From contig JASTWF010000036.1 of NCBI GenBank assembly GCA_030390025.1, positions 930,001 through 994,000 of the forward strand: a stretch of DNA of 64,000 bases, given 5' to 3'. Shown piece by piece: positions 11,921 through 24,320 of this stretch. The stretch's first letter is position 1. Each line of letters begins with the position of its first letter. Made by a program: the position numbers and the translations under genes. The stretch is from Squalus acanthias (Eukaryota). The notes below the pieces were generated by a model, which was given only the letters and a program-made list of their open reading frames with translations, made no database searches and had not been told where the DNA came from.

Positions 11921-12884
11921 TCGTGTTTGACACATCTTTCTGATGTCACTACGCCAACGTGACCCTTGACTCTTCTCAATGACATCATTATGTTTGTCTC
12001 TTTCCACACCTTCTCCCCCCCCTCCCCGAGCAGCAATTAAAATGATGACATGTGGACTATTTTATAATTCACACTTTGATGAATAGTTTATGCCTGCACA
12101 AGTTTACTTATTCATCTCAGAGTTCTTTGGGAGCTGGTAGATTATTCTTCTCTTTCATCTGCACTGTGGAAGTCGCACTGCCTCAGACGTTGCTCTCAGC
12201 TCTTCCCTGCTCTAAGCCCCACATAGCGCAACATAATCTGCTGCTCATCCGCCCAGCTGCTGCCACAGTGCTTAAGTATATTGTGTGTGTGTTTTTTTAA
12301 AAATACTTTTTAAATCATTACCTCATTGTGCCAAATTGAAAGAGGCTTCAATCTCAAACTCCCCCTCCACAGTCAGGTTTCAAAGAGATAATTCTTTCTG
12401 TTTTGAAGAAATAAAATCCTTTCTAAATTGCAATCCATGAAAATCATATTAAAGGGCAGATAATTGTGATACAAATGTATTCTGGTGTTTAAATTATAAA
12501 TGGACAGCGAAGAACCATTTGATAGGCTTTAATAAGATTTTTCTGGATTTAATTCAAGAAAATCACTGTGGTAAAAACAGAGAACATTAATCCAATCAGG
12601 GCTGCCTTAGCTAAATAAAATTTATACAGAGAGGCTCATAAATTCAATTATCTGCCTTTAAAAAAAATAAGAATCCTTCTACCACAATCTTTGCCACCTA
12701 TTGGAGGAAACCTAGATCTTGCTACAACTGGGACTTGGAGTAGGTCTCACCTACCAGACTAGGGAGATAGGCCTGGGGGCACTTGTTTTGTTTTTAAAGG
12801 TAACTTGCAGCCAGTAACTACCCAATTTGGCGAAAGAATCTGGAGGCTGGTGTGGGTAGGAGGACTATTACGTTAACAAACTCC

Positions 12885-13130
12885 AGGGGGTGATTTTAAC
12901 CCTACTCGCTCAGCAGAAACCTGGCGGGTGGGCAGTTAAAATCTCCCTGCCTCTTGCCTGATGATCGCAACATCTGCAATTTTAACCTGCTCTCCTGAGC
13001 AGGCAGCGAGGACAGCCGCCCGGAGCCAACAGGGTCCTTCTTTACACGCGCATGTTGCGGCCCGATGACATCATTGAGACCCGACTGTAATTTTAACTCT
13101 GGCCTGAGCGGGGAATCCACCTAGCGTGCT
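12885..13130. mobile_element. Partial family C MITE
   Basis: Starts GGGGGTGATTTTAACCC; homologous to 8478 and 31539. Confidence 0.65.
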
Positions 13131-13143
13131 AGTTGTACACAAT

Positions 13144-13910
13144 GGCCCGAAAATTAAACCTAATACGCAAGAGTACGCACTGTGTACTCTCGCGTATTAG
13201 AACCCGAATTGCCGGTTTCCTGCATGCACTGCGCATGCGCGGGAAACCGGCACTTCGTGAATTGAAAAGGGGGCGGTTCCTAAGTGAACCGCGTGCGCGC
13301 TACAGGCTGTGCGCACACAGTGCACTTAGTTATTTTTTCCAGCTTTGAACGCGCAGGTAAGTGGTGAAGATTTTACACACAAAGAAAGCAGGCGTAGGAC
13401 CCCCTTTTAACAAGGTAAGTAGTTAATTAAGTGTTATTTTAAATTTTTTTCAACAGGTTTATCTTTTTTAGAGACTTTAAAGAAAGGTAAGTTTATTTTT
13501 ATAACTTTTAAAAAGATTTTAAATTTTTTCAAAAATTAAATTTTTTGTTTAAAGTGGTTAATTTATTTAACTATACTTATTTTATTAATGTGATGGCTTT
13601 TTAAAAAAAATTTAATTGAGGTTTAGCTGTTCTTTTGGGAGTGTGTAGTATTCATAGCTTTGACAGCCCTTGCTGTCAAAACTATGAATGAAAGATGGTG
13701 TGCTGCCATTGGCTCTAACTGAATCACGTGATCCCAGAGCTCGCACTAACTAATTGCGCCTCTGGGTCACGCAAGCACTGCACGGTTCCAACAGAGAGAG
13801 CCTTTGAAACTAAAGTTCGTGTGGGCCCGGAGCAAAAAGGTAGGCGCGGAGTGCGATATCGCGGGGAATCCTTACCCCCGCGGGAACCATCGATGTTTAA
13901 TTTCTGGGCC
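13144..13910 (+). mobile_element. PIF/Harbinger-type MITE family A, copy 1
   Basis: TIR GGCCCGAAAATTAAAC / GTTTAATTTCTGGGCC, flanks AAT/ATT, subterminal hairpins, AT-rich core. Confidence 0.92.
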
Positions 13911-14168
13911 ATTTTGTCAATCGAGTTGGTATTCCTGTTTGTGGTGGAGCAGCTTTCAATGCAACAGGGCTTCATTAACCTTTAAGAAAGAGCAGAGCTT
14001 GGCATCAACTTAGAAAGAGGTTTGCAGCACTGGGTTTAGACTGCACAAATGCAGCACCAACATTCCCATGGTACTGTCCAATAGTGAGGTGCGGTTACAG
14101 TGTGTACCAGCGGCTCTTCTGTACCTTGCCATTCTTTGTGTGGGGATCCTAGGCAGTGAGTGTTGGCA

Positions 14169-16143
14169 AGCCACCTCTTTCAAAACCCTAGGATGTAGGC
14201 CATCAGTTCCAGGGGATTTATCGGCTTTCAGTCCCATTCATTTCTCCAGTACTATTTTTTTACAAATACTAATTTCTTTCAGTTCCTCATTCTCGCTAGA
14301 CCCTTGGTTCTCCACTATTTCCAGGAAGTTTTTTGCGTCTTCTTCCGTGAAGACAGACACAAAGTATTTGTTTAATTTCCCTGCCATTTCCTTATTCCCC
14401 ATTATAATTTCTCCTGTCTAAGCCTGTAAGGGACCCACATTTACTTTCGCTAATCTTTTCCTTTTTACATACCTATAGAAGCTTTTACAGTCTGTTTTTA
14501 TGTCTCTCACTAGTTTACTCTCATATTCTATTTTCCATTCTTTATCAATTTCTTGGTCCTCCTTTGCTGAATTCTAAAATCCTCCCAATCCTCAGGCTTA
14601 CTACTCTTTTTGGCAACATTATAAGCCTCTTCCTTTAATCTAATACTATCTTTAGCTTCTCTTGTTAGCCATGGTTGGACCACTTTTCCTGTGGGGATTT
14701 TGTGCCTTAAAGGAATGTATATTTGTTGTAAATTATGTATTAATTCTTTAAATGCTAGCCATTGCTTCTCTACCATCATACCTTTTAACGTAGTTTCCCA
14801 ATCTACCTTAGCCAACTCGCCCCTCATACCCACATAATTTGCTTTTTTAGATTTAAGACCCTAATTTTGGATTTAACTAAATCACTTTCAAACTCAATAT
14901 AAAATTCTATCATATTATGGTCACTCTTCCCGAAAGACCTCTTTACTACAAGGTTATTAATTAACCCTTTCTTGTTGCACAATACTAGATCTAAAATAGC
15001 CTGTTCCCTAGTTGGTTCTTCAACGTACTGATCTAGAAAACTATCTTGCATACATTCCATGAATTCGTCCTCCACACGATTACTGCAAATTTGGTTTGCC
15101 CAGTCTATATAGATTAAAGTCCCCCATGATTACTGTATTACCCTTGTTACATGCACCTCTAATTTCTTGATTTATACTCTGCCCTACATTACAACTACTG
15201 TTTGGGGGCCTATAAACAACTCCCACCAATGTTTTCTGCCCCTTGCTGTTTCTTAGCTCCACCCAAACTGATTCTACTTCTTGATTTTCGGAGCTAAGAT
15301 CCTTTCTCTCTACTGTCTTTATCCCATCCTTTATTATCAGGGCTACCCATCCGCCTTTTCCATTTTGCCTATCTCTTCTAAAAGTTAAGTATCCTGGAAT
15401 ATTTAGTTCCCAACCTTGGCCACATTGCAACCACGTCTCCGTAATGGCTATTAGATCAAACCTATTAATTTTTATCTGCGCTATTAATTCATCTATTTTG
15501 TTACAAATGCTTTACGCATTCAGATATAGTGCCTTTAGCTTTGATTTATTTCTATTTTTCCCTGATGTCACCTTAGTCACTGATGCCTTATTACCTTTGT
15601 TACTCTCGCTGTCCCTTCCTGACCCACTCTGCTTATTTCTGCCCAAAACTCTACTCTGCTCTAGAGCCTTGACATTTCTCTTGCTGCTTTTAAATTTACT
15701 CTTTCCTGAATCCTCCCACCCCCCCTTCATTAGTTTAAAGCCCTGTCTACTGCCCCAGTTATTCAGTTCGCCAGGACACTGGTCACAGCCCAGTTTAAGT
15801 GGAGCCCGTCCCAACGGAACAGCTCCCTCTTTCCCCAGTACTGGTGCCAGTGCCCCATGAACTAAAACCCCTTCCTCCCACACCACTCTTTCAGCCACGC
15901 CTTTAAACCTCTAATCTGTTTGTCCCTATGCCAATTTGCGCGTGGCTCAGGTAACAATCCAGAGATTATTACCTTTGAGGTTCTGCTTTTTAATTTGGAT
16001 CCTAGCTCCTCAAACTCCCTCAGCAGAACCTCATTCCTAGTTCTACCTATGTCGTTGGCTCCTACGTGGACCACGACAACTGGATCCTCCCCCTCCCACT
16101 CCAAGTTCTCCTCCAGCCGCGAGGAGAGGTCTTTAACCCTGGC
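14169..16143 (-). mobile_element. CR1 5' portion: ORF1 esterase (SGNH-like) + AP endonuclease + start of RT, frameshifted
   Basis: PVVVVHVGANDIG...VIISGLLP (ORF1); ALYLNA, GVVYRPPN, IMGDFN, SDHNMIEF (endonuclease); KSPGTDGLHPRVLKEVA. Confidence 0.93.
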
Positions 16144-16862
16144 TGAGGTATAGCGGGATCTGGGGGTCCTTGTACATGAATCACAAAAAGTTAGCATGCA
16201 GGTACAGCAAGTAATTAGGAAGGCAAATGAAATGTTGGCCTTTATTGCAAAGGGAATGGAGTATAAAAGTAGGGAAGTCCTGTTACAACTGTACAGGGCA
16301 TTGGTGAGACCTCACCTGGAGTACTGCGTACAGTTTTGGTCTCCTTATTTCAGGAAGGATATACTTGCATTGGAGGCAGTTCAGAGAAGGTTCATGAGAT
16401 TGATTCCAGAGATGAAGGGGTTATCTTATGAAGAAAGGTTGATCAGGTTGGGCCTATACTCATTGGAGTTTAGAAGAATGAGAGGGGATCTTATTGAAAC
16501 ATATAAGATTCTGAAGGGGCTCGACAGGGTAGATGCAGAGAGGATGTTTCCCCTCGTGGGGGAATCTAGAACTAGGGGGCATAATTTCAGAATAAGGGGA
16601 AACCCTTTTAAATCGGAGATGAGGAGGAATTTCTTCTCTCAGAGGGTCGTGAATCTTTGGAATTCTCTGCCCCAGAGGGCTGTGGAGACGGAGTCATTGA
16701 ATATATTTAAGGTGGCGATAGACAGATTTTTGAACGATAAGGGAGTCAAGGGTTATGGGGAGCGGGCAGGGAAGTGAAGTTGAGGCCAAGATCAGATCAG
16801 CCATGATCTTATTGAATGGCGGAGCAGGCTCGAGGGGCCAAATGACTGACTCCTGCTCCTAC
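16144..16862 (+). mobile_element. CR1 3' end abutting the inverted 5' portion
   Basis: RDLGVLVH...LVRPHLEYCVQFWSP...VKGYGERAGK, then 3' UTR. Confidence 0.93.
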
Positions 16863-17884
16863 GGCTTATTATCGCAATGCTCTCCACAAACTCCCACTTG
16901 CTGCAGTTACGGCACACCACCTGCCCTGCCATCGCTATATGATCTTGTTTTATTTAATTAAATTTGTAATTAGATAACTTAGTTTACAGTGTAGTTTCTT
17001 GACTACTTGATCTAGATTAAGTTTTGGGTACTGAAATTAAATATCTACCTGTAACACAAAGCGCTACAAGCAGTGTAGACAAAAAGCAGCAACTCCTTCC
17101 CCCTCTTCTCCAAATTCCCACTCTTTCCAAATTCCCAAATAAAACACTTTGCTTAAGTCCACTCGGTTTTAATCCCGCTCTGTGAAGACCACCAAACTCC
17201 AAATGTTGCCAAAAGGGCATGTCAGCCTAGGAAAGTGGAAGCTTTGTCATTTGACCTTTTTATGACAGCTCTCGTCTCCAAGGAGGAATTTTGCATTGTA
17301 CAGTTGTTCAGGGTAAGATGCATCCCTTTTTTTTGGTGCTGTTTGAAGGGCTCCTCTTCTGCTCCTCTTCGCTGGAATGCTCTTCAGCAAAGGACGGCTG
17401 CACATACGTCAATGTGTTGAATGCTCAAAGAAAACAGTCTTTTCTTTTAACCACATCAGCTGACTTTGGCTGAGCGGCTTGTGAATGAAATTGAGAAACT
17501 GTGAACACGACCAAGGTTGAAAGGAGTAAATCTGGTTGTCGTGGCTAGGTGATGTGACATTTGCAGGGTGGGGGGGCGGCGGGGGGGAAAGAGGCGCTAC
17601 CGTTTTGAGTTCCCAGTCTCGGCTTTGCCATTCTGGGGCCCCACCTTGTGGATGTCAAACACTTCCCTACAGCGAGGGACCAAGAATCAGCTGCTTATAG
17701 AGCAGCATTGCCACAGGTCTGGGTACCTGACATAAGTGTGGTGTGCGGAGATGGAAGTGGAGAAAATATAATTGCAGTAGATCTTCAATTACGCTTAAAG
17801 TACTATTATCCTCTTGGTAAACTGTCGTGCAAGATGCTTTTAAACTGAGGTATCCCAACTACAGCTTGTAGCCCCTGAATGCTC

Positions 17885-18690
17885 GGCGGCAGTGAGTAAA
17901 GCGAAGCTGATGTTGGGATGTATTAAAAGGTCAATATTGAGCTGAAATAGTGAAGTAATCCTGCCACTTTATAAATCATTGGTGCGACCACACTTAGAAT
18001 ACTGTGTACAGTTCTGGTTGCCACAGAACAGATAGGACATTGCAGCTATTGAAAGATACACAAAAGAGCAACCAGAATGATTGAGGAGATGGAGGGATTG
18101 GATTATGAGGAGCAATTATGTAAATTGGCCACGTTCTCACTGGAATAGAGAAGGTTGAGAGGTGATATGATTGCTGTATTTAGGATTCTAAAGGGACTAG
18201 ATAATGTCGACCATGACGAGCTGTCTCACCGTGTCCAGAACAGTAGACCCAGAGGACACGGCCTGCGCTTGAAGTAAATTGAAAACGAATTTGCCGAATA
18301 TTTCAGTGAGCGAGTGGTCAATCTATGGAACAGGCTCCCGAGGGAGACGGTGGAAGCAGATAGTGTTGATTCATTCAAATGCAAATTAGATAGATTTCGT
18401 TCAGAAATAACATTTTGGGATCCAGTAGGTGATTAAGTTGAGACATGATGTGTGGTGAGTGTAGTGTGTTTGGGAGGAACAGGTGACTTTGAACCTGTGG
18501 TTCCCAAAGCTCTCCACCACTGGGGGTTTACCTCAGCTCCTGTCTGGGTCTGTTGTAGACTCATTGATAGAGATTGATCGCTGTGATTAGTCAAAAACTC
18601 CATTATTGTTGCATCATGCGACTACCAGGATGGTAGACGGTGAACTAGATGGACCTTCATCTTTTTTCGTCTAGCAATTCCTATGTTTTT
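17885..18690 (+). mobile_element. Old, decayed CR1 3' end of a different subfamily with a long 3' UTR
   Basis: LYKSLVRPHLEYCVQFW readable with stop codons; ends CCTATGTT. Confidence 0.85.
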
Positions 18691-18694
18691 TTAA

Positions 18695-19350
18695 ATTAGT
18701 TTTTATGGGATGTGGGCGTCGCTGGCAAGGCCAGCATTTATTGCCCATCTCTAGTTGTCCTTGAGAAGGTGGTGGTGAGCTGCCTTCTTAAACCGCTGCA
18801 GTCCGTGTGGTGAAGGTACTCCCACAGTGCTGTTAGGGAGGGAGTTCCAGGATTTTGACCCAGCGACGATGAAGGATCGGCGATATACTTCCAAGTCAGG
18901 ATGATATGTGACTTGGAGGGGAACTTGGAGGTGGTGGTGTTCCCATGCGCCTGCTGCCCTTGTCTTTCTAGGTGGAAGAGGTCGCGAGTTTGGAAGGTGC
19001 TGTCGAAGAAGCCTTGGCGAGTTGCTGCAGCGCATCTTGTAGATGGTACACACTGCAGCCACGGTGCGCCGGTGGTGGAGGGAGTGAATGTTTAAGGTGG
19101 TGGATGGGGTGCCAATCAAACGGGCTGCTTTGTCCTGGATGGTGTTGAGCTTCTTGAGTGTTGTTGGAGCTGCACTCATCCAGGCAAGTGGAGAGTATTC
19201 CATCACAGTCCTGACTTGTGCCTTGTAGATGGTGGAAAGGCTTTGGGGAGTCAGGAGGTGAGACACTCGGCGCAGAATACCCAGCCTCTGACCTGGTCAA
19301 TGGTGACCCCCAGGATGTTGATGGTGGGGGATTCGGCGATGGTAATGCTG
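18695..19350 (-). mobile_element. CR1/Jockey-group (Zenon-like) LINE 3' fragment
   Basis: LSTIYKAQVRTVMEYSPLAW...IQDKAARLI...SLHHRRTVAAV. Confidence 0.88.
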
Positions 19351-19648
19351 TTGTTCCTATGAACCCATAAAACACAGGCAAGCTAGTCCTATTTGTGCTT
19401 ATATTTCTTATTCACTCATTTGTCCTGTTTGAATGTTGTGGTCTGGAGGTTTGGAAAAGGCTATTCTCAGCACTGTTGCCTCATTAATGGTTAAATCAGA
19501 ACAAGATTGGTTAATATCAGCAACTTAAGACAGCGGGAACATGGATTTAAACTTTACACAAGGGACCATGCTATGAACCGGAGACCCGACTTTTTGTCAG
19601 CTCCCTCTTAAAGAAAGTCTTTGCAATAACCCAGCTCTTAAACATTCA

Positions 19649-20288
19649 GGGCGCGATTTTGCCAGCTCGGCTACCCGCCTCCTGGCAAGATGGCAGGGAG
19701 GCGGGTTTGGAGGCAGGACTGCTGGGAAAATGGCAGAATCTGGGGGCGGGTGCCCATCCCGCCCCCAACCCGCCTCCGTGCCATCTTGCCAGGAGGCGGG
19801 TAGCCGACCTGCGCCGGATCCCATCTCCCTGGAGGCGGGAAGGGAATTACAGCCACTTAACTGCCTGTTAACAGGTAGTTAACAGGCAGATAAGAGGATT
19901 ATCCCCATTTTACCCACACAAGTGCGGGCTTCCCGAAGGCTGCGAACCCCGCCAGGGTCAGCGAGGCGAGCAGTGGGTCTGTGGGGTCGGAGGGGTGCAA
20001 AAGTGCGCTGCGAAGGTAAGTGATGGGTGCAAGTGTGGAGAGGTAAGTATGTGAGGTAAGTGGAAAGTGATCGAAAATGTTTACTTACCTTTGTTTCTTC
20101 CTGCAGGCTTCAAACGTTGGGGATGCGGAGAGTCTCGCATCTCACCGGCAGAGATGACAGATGGCTGCTGCATTCTCCAATGCAACAACCATCTAATTTC
20201 TGCTCACAAAAGAGGTTTGCTGAGTCTTGAATACAAGAACTCATCAAACTACAGAGAATGTCAGTGTTTGACAGCTTCACAGAGCTGT
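19649..20288 (+). mobile_element. TIR MITE family D, truncated on the right
   Basis: Begins GGGCGCGATTTT; reverse-complement homolog of 25632-26480. Confidence 0.85.
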
Positions 20289-20526
20289 AGGGGTTACGGG
20301 GAGCGGGCAGGAAATTGGACATGAGGCTGAGTTCGGATCGGTCGAGGCCCTGTGGGTGGCGGAGCGGGCCCAGGGGCTGAGTGGCCGGGTCCTGCTCCTA
20401 CTTCTTGTGTTCTTTAGATTTGAGGTGAGGATCAGATCAGCCATGATCTTATTGAATGGCGGAGCAGGCTCGAAGGGCCGATTAGCCTACTCCTGCTCCG
20501 ATTTCTTATGTTCTTATGTTCTTATG
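20289..20526 (+). mobile_element. CR1 3' tip with a tandemly doubled 3' UTR
   Basis: Two successive TGGCGGAGC...CCTGCTCC...TTCTTRTG modules; (TTCTTATG)n tail. Confidence 0.85.
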
Positions 20527-20740
20527 TCCTGGCCAATATTTATCTCTCAATCAAAAAAACAGATTATCTGGTCATTATCACATTGCTGTTTGTGGGAGCT
20601 TACTGTGCGCAAATTGGCTGCTGTGTTTCCTACATTACAACAGTGACTGCACTTCAAAAGTACTTCATTGGCTGTAAAGTGCTTTGTGACGTCCGGTGGT
20701 CGTGAAAGGCGCTATAGAAATGCAAGTCCTTCTTCTTCTA
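20527..20740 (+). mobile_element. SacSINE1-like 3' half
   Basis: Matches the 3' half of 33799-34270. Confidence 0.88.
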
Positions 20741-20766
20741 TTTTCCGTGGAAGGATTGTGCGCTAA

Positions 20767-20894
20767 CAGCAACTTGTATTTATATAGCGCCTTTAACATA
20801 GTAAAATGTCCCAAGGCGTATTATAAGACAAAAATTTTGACACCGAGCCACATAAGGAGAAATTAGGGCAGTTGGTCAAAAGCTTGGTCAAAGA
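20767..20894 (-). mobile_element. L2 3' tip
   Basis: CAACTTGTATTTATATAGCGCCTTTAAC...GACACCGAGCCACATAAGG. Confidence 0.85.
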
Positions 20895-20973
20895 CCTCCA
20901 CCACAGAGTAGTGGCGAGAATGGAGGGACATACCTCATTAAGAAGACATTTCTGATGGGTATTTGAAATCATT

Positions 20974-21735
20974 GGCCCAGAAATTAAACAGTGAGTGTTC
21001 GCACGGGGGTAAGGCTTCCCCGCGATATCTCACTCCGCGCCTACCTTTTTCCTCCGGGCCCACACGAACTTTAGTTTCAAGGCCAGTCCCACATGCAGCT
21101 GTGCAGTGCTTGCGTGACCCAGAGACGCAATTAGTTCGTGCGAGCTCTGGGATCACGTGATTCAGTTAGAGCCAATGGCAGCACACCATCTTTCATTCAT
21201 AGTTTTGACAGGAAGACCTGTCAAAGCTATGAATACTATACCCCCCAAAAGAACAGCCAAACCTCAATTGAATTAAAAAAAAGCCATCACATTAATAAAA
21301 TAAGTATAATTAAATAAATTAACCACTTTAAACAAAAAATTAAATTTTTGAAAAAATTTAAAATCTTTTTAAAAGTTATAAAAATAAACTTACCTTTCTT
21401 TAAAGTCTCTAAAAAAGATAAACCTGTTGAAAAAATTTAAAATAACACTTAATTAACTACTTACCTTGTAAAAAGGGGGTCCTACGCCTGCTTTCTTTAT
21501 GTGTAAAATGTTCACCACTTACCTGCGCGTTCAAAGCTGAAAAAATAAACTAAGTGCACTGCGTGCGCACAGCCTGTAGCGCGCACGCGGTTCACTTAGG
21601 AACCGCCCCCTTCGCAATTCACGAAGTGCCGGTTTCCCGCGCATGCGCAGTGCATGCAGGAAACCGGCAATTGGAGACCTAAAACGCGAGAGTACACAGT
21701 GCGTACTCTCGCGTATTAGGTCTAATTTTCGGGCC
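20974..21735 (-). mobile_element. MITE family A, copy 2 (inverted relative to copy 1)
   Basis: TIRs GGCCCAGAAATTA / TAATTTTCGGGCC with ATT TSD. Confidence 0.93.
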
Positions 21736-22145
21736 ATTGTGTATGTCGGGAGGCTCAGCTTGCTTTAGGTAGAGTAGAATACAGGGCCCTTATCAAGAAG
21801 AAGGAAGCTTCTGTGTTTCATCCCAGATAGGAAATGTCTAATGGTGATCCCAGGACACAAAGGAGTGGGCCATGATAAAATCTAGGAAGATTTACACAAA
21901 TCATCTTCGAACGTTTGAAATTGGGACGTGACCAAAAGATGTATCAGATAGTGCCCATATGTCCCCGGCTCTGCCAGTAATAGATGCATCATTTCAAATC
22001 AGTATGTCTGTTGCTCTACCTGTTCTACACTTCTAACAAACACTGCACAGGAAGGTAGCTGAAGATCCAGCAACAAATGGTCAAAAGAACTCGGGCTGCT
22101 GCTGGCCACCACTCCCTCCCTCACCCCTAATCGCCAACGCTCTAT

Positions 22146-22277
22146 CATCTAGACACAAAAGGCATCAAGGGGGTATGGGGAGAGAGCGGGAATATGGTAT
22201 TGAGATAGAGGATCAGCCATGATCATATTGAATGGCGGAGCAGGCTCGAAGGGCCGAATGGCCGACTCCTGCTCCTA
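22146..22277 (+). mobile_element. CR1 3' tip
   Basis: Near-identical to 50892-51050. Confidence 0.88.
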
Positions 22278-22421
22278 TTTTTCTATGTTTCTATGTAAAT
22301 TAGTCACCCCTGGTCCACCTCTTTGGTTAGAAACCAGCACAAGGTTATGAAGAGGATTGACAAAGTTGATCCAGGGAAATTGTTCACTGTGGTGAAGGGT
22401 TCCCATACAAGAGGGCACTAA

Positions 22422-22527
22422 GGCCCTGCAATTCCATGGGTGTTCCACCATTTCCCTCAGGGTTCCACTCGTCTCCCACCAGAGTTATGGTGAGAGACCA
22501 GCAGAACCCCCATGAAATTTCAGGGCG
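22422..22527. mobile_element. 106-bp Harbinger/Tourist-type MITE inside a decayed CR1 fragment (~22345-22620)
   Basis: GGCCCTGCAATT...ATTTCAGGGCG with TAA TSD. Confidence 0.8.
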
Positions 22528-22688
22528 TAAGTGTTTTCAAAAAAAAATTAGGAATTCAGGAGTAAGAAGGGAAGTTAGGTGGAAGTTTTTAACCAAAGGG
22601 TAATGAAGTTGTGGAATAAGTCAGAGAAGAAAATTGACATGCACTGTCACATCAGTTACAGGGAGGCTCCCAGAACAGCTCCATTAGA

Positions 22689-22824
22689 GTGGTCATGATG
22701 CGGAGATGCCGGTGTTGGACTGGGGTGGACAAAAATGAGAAGTCGCACAACACCAGGTTATAGTCCAACAGTTTTATGTTAAAACTGTTGGACTATAACC
22801 TGGTGTTGTGCGACTTCTCATTTT
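22689..22824. mobile_element. 136-bp fold-back insertion, probably a Penelope-like terminal repeat
   Basis: 12-bp TSD AGCTCCATTAGA; perfect 45-bp inverted repeat; family assignment from recall. Confidence 0.75.
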
Positions 22825-23903
22825 AGCTCCATTAGAAACAGCAATGGCAGTGACTTCAGACCAGCCTGAGGGCTGCCCAACCCCAGGAAACCAGGATACA
22901 GCCTGACAATACAGACTTCCCAGCCTCTAGTGTGGTTCATTGAGATTGAGAAGCTCTGGCTTGAAGGCCAGCTGTTCCAGCTGTTTCCAGTGCAGCCACG
23001 CCAGATGCTTTTGAGGGAGGGTGATGAGGTGGGAAAGAAAGATATTTGGATCGATCAAAAAGTTTTAAAAACCATCCGTTCCTCCAAGCTAGGAGACTTA
23101 TAAGGGTGTTTTTTTCTTCATCATCATCCACATTAATTTTCATATTTACAAGCAAGAGCGCCAAGTAGACCAACAATAAATAACTTCTGTAATATTTTAC
23201 TGCACTTTTCCTTCAGAACAGGATCAATAACTGGCCAATTTCTTTCATTTTTGAAAATGATACAAACTCTTAAAAAGGGTTTAAATTCGGTTAATTTATG
23301 GAAAGAAGTTAAGTGCTCAGATTAACCTCCAACAGCTCCTGGCTTGTTAACCCGAACCACTTCAAAAGTATGGGGACTTATGTCAATCCAGCCACTCCTG
23401 CACCTTCTTGAGGGATAACATATGATAGCCAAGTGAATCAAACTGATATAACAATCCAACATTCAAAGAAAGAGCACGGATTGTGTCGACGAGGTTTATA
23501 TATTTTTGTTTGTGGTTGACCAAAGCTGTTGTGTGCTCTTGATATTTGGTGGCTGACATGAATCTGTCATTCATGACTTATGAAATAATACTGAGTGGCC
23601 CGCGGGTGGCGCTGTCCAGGGAGAGTATAAATACTCGGGCACGGGCCCAGCTTGCGCAGGACATTCTTAACAGGAACTGGTTAAGGACACAACTAGACCT
23701 CCATGTTGTAAAACAGTTGACTAAAGCTTTGTTTAACGCTGAGACCAAGTGCCTCGTAGTTTTCTTACATCAGTGGCCAGTTCATTATTTTTGTTATTTC
23801 CTCCCCCGACAGCGTTGACTTGGGCTGGGGTACCGTTTGACAGGCGGTGACAGCTCTCTGCTTCCTCACCCAGTCATTTTTTACGTATGACCCTAGAAGT
23901 TGA

Positions 23904-24053
23904 GGAGTAGAAATTCGTCTTGGGCGACCCGTTATACGCCCAGCTCGATGTCCAGTTCCATTGACTTCAATAGGACCGAATAGCGTGAAATGTAGCAGGC
24001 GTCCGCTGCCATAACACCCATTTAGCGGTACTGCCCAAGACAAATTTCTACCC
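23904..24053. mobile_element. Short palindromic MITE
   Basis: GTAGAAATTCGTCTTGGGC ... GCCCAAGACAAATTTCTAC; centre CCATTGACTTCAATAGG. Confidence 0.8.
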
Positions 24054-24139
24054 GTGGGCGTCAGCGGCCGTTTGACCTTCTGGAGGGGAGGGGGGAGGGG
24101 GGCACATCACAGCCAAGCCTGTTCCTGTCCTCGCCCCGA

Positions 24140-24320
24140 GTCACTGGAAATGACTGGCTGGGAAATTTGGTTCACTCTCTCAGTCACCTCCATCCAAACT
24201 ACTTTGACCTCTACTTTGGAGGGAGGGCGGCTGTCGACTCTGAAGAGGGCCACCCTCCTTTCCTGCGCGCGCTGAAGAACGATCTGCAAGGTTTTCTCAG
24301 TAAAAGGGCGAGATTCCCCC
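24140..24320 (-). pseudogene. Harbinger Myb/SANT-like DNA-binding protein remnant (element runs to a TIR-like end at ~24669)
   Basis: RPFTEKTLQIVLQRAQERRVALF...EVKVVWMEVTERVNQIS fits the F-T-x-x-E...LF...W-x-E-V-A-x-x-V-N pattern of Myb_DNA-bind_5/MSANTD domains; third helix lost. Confidence 0.75.
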
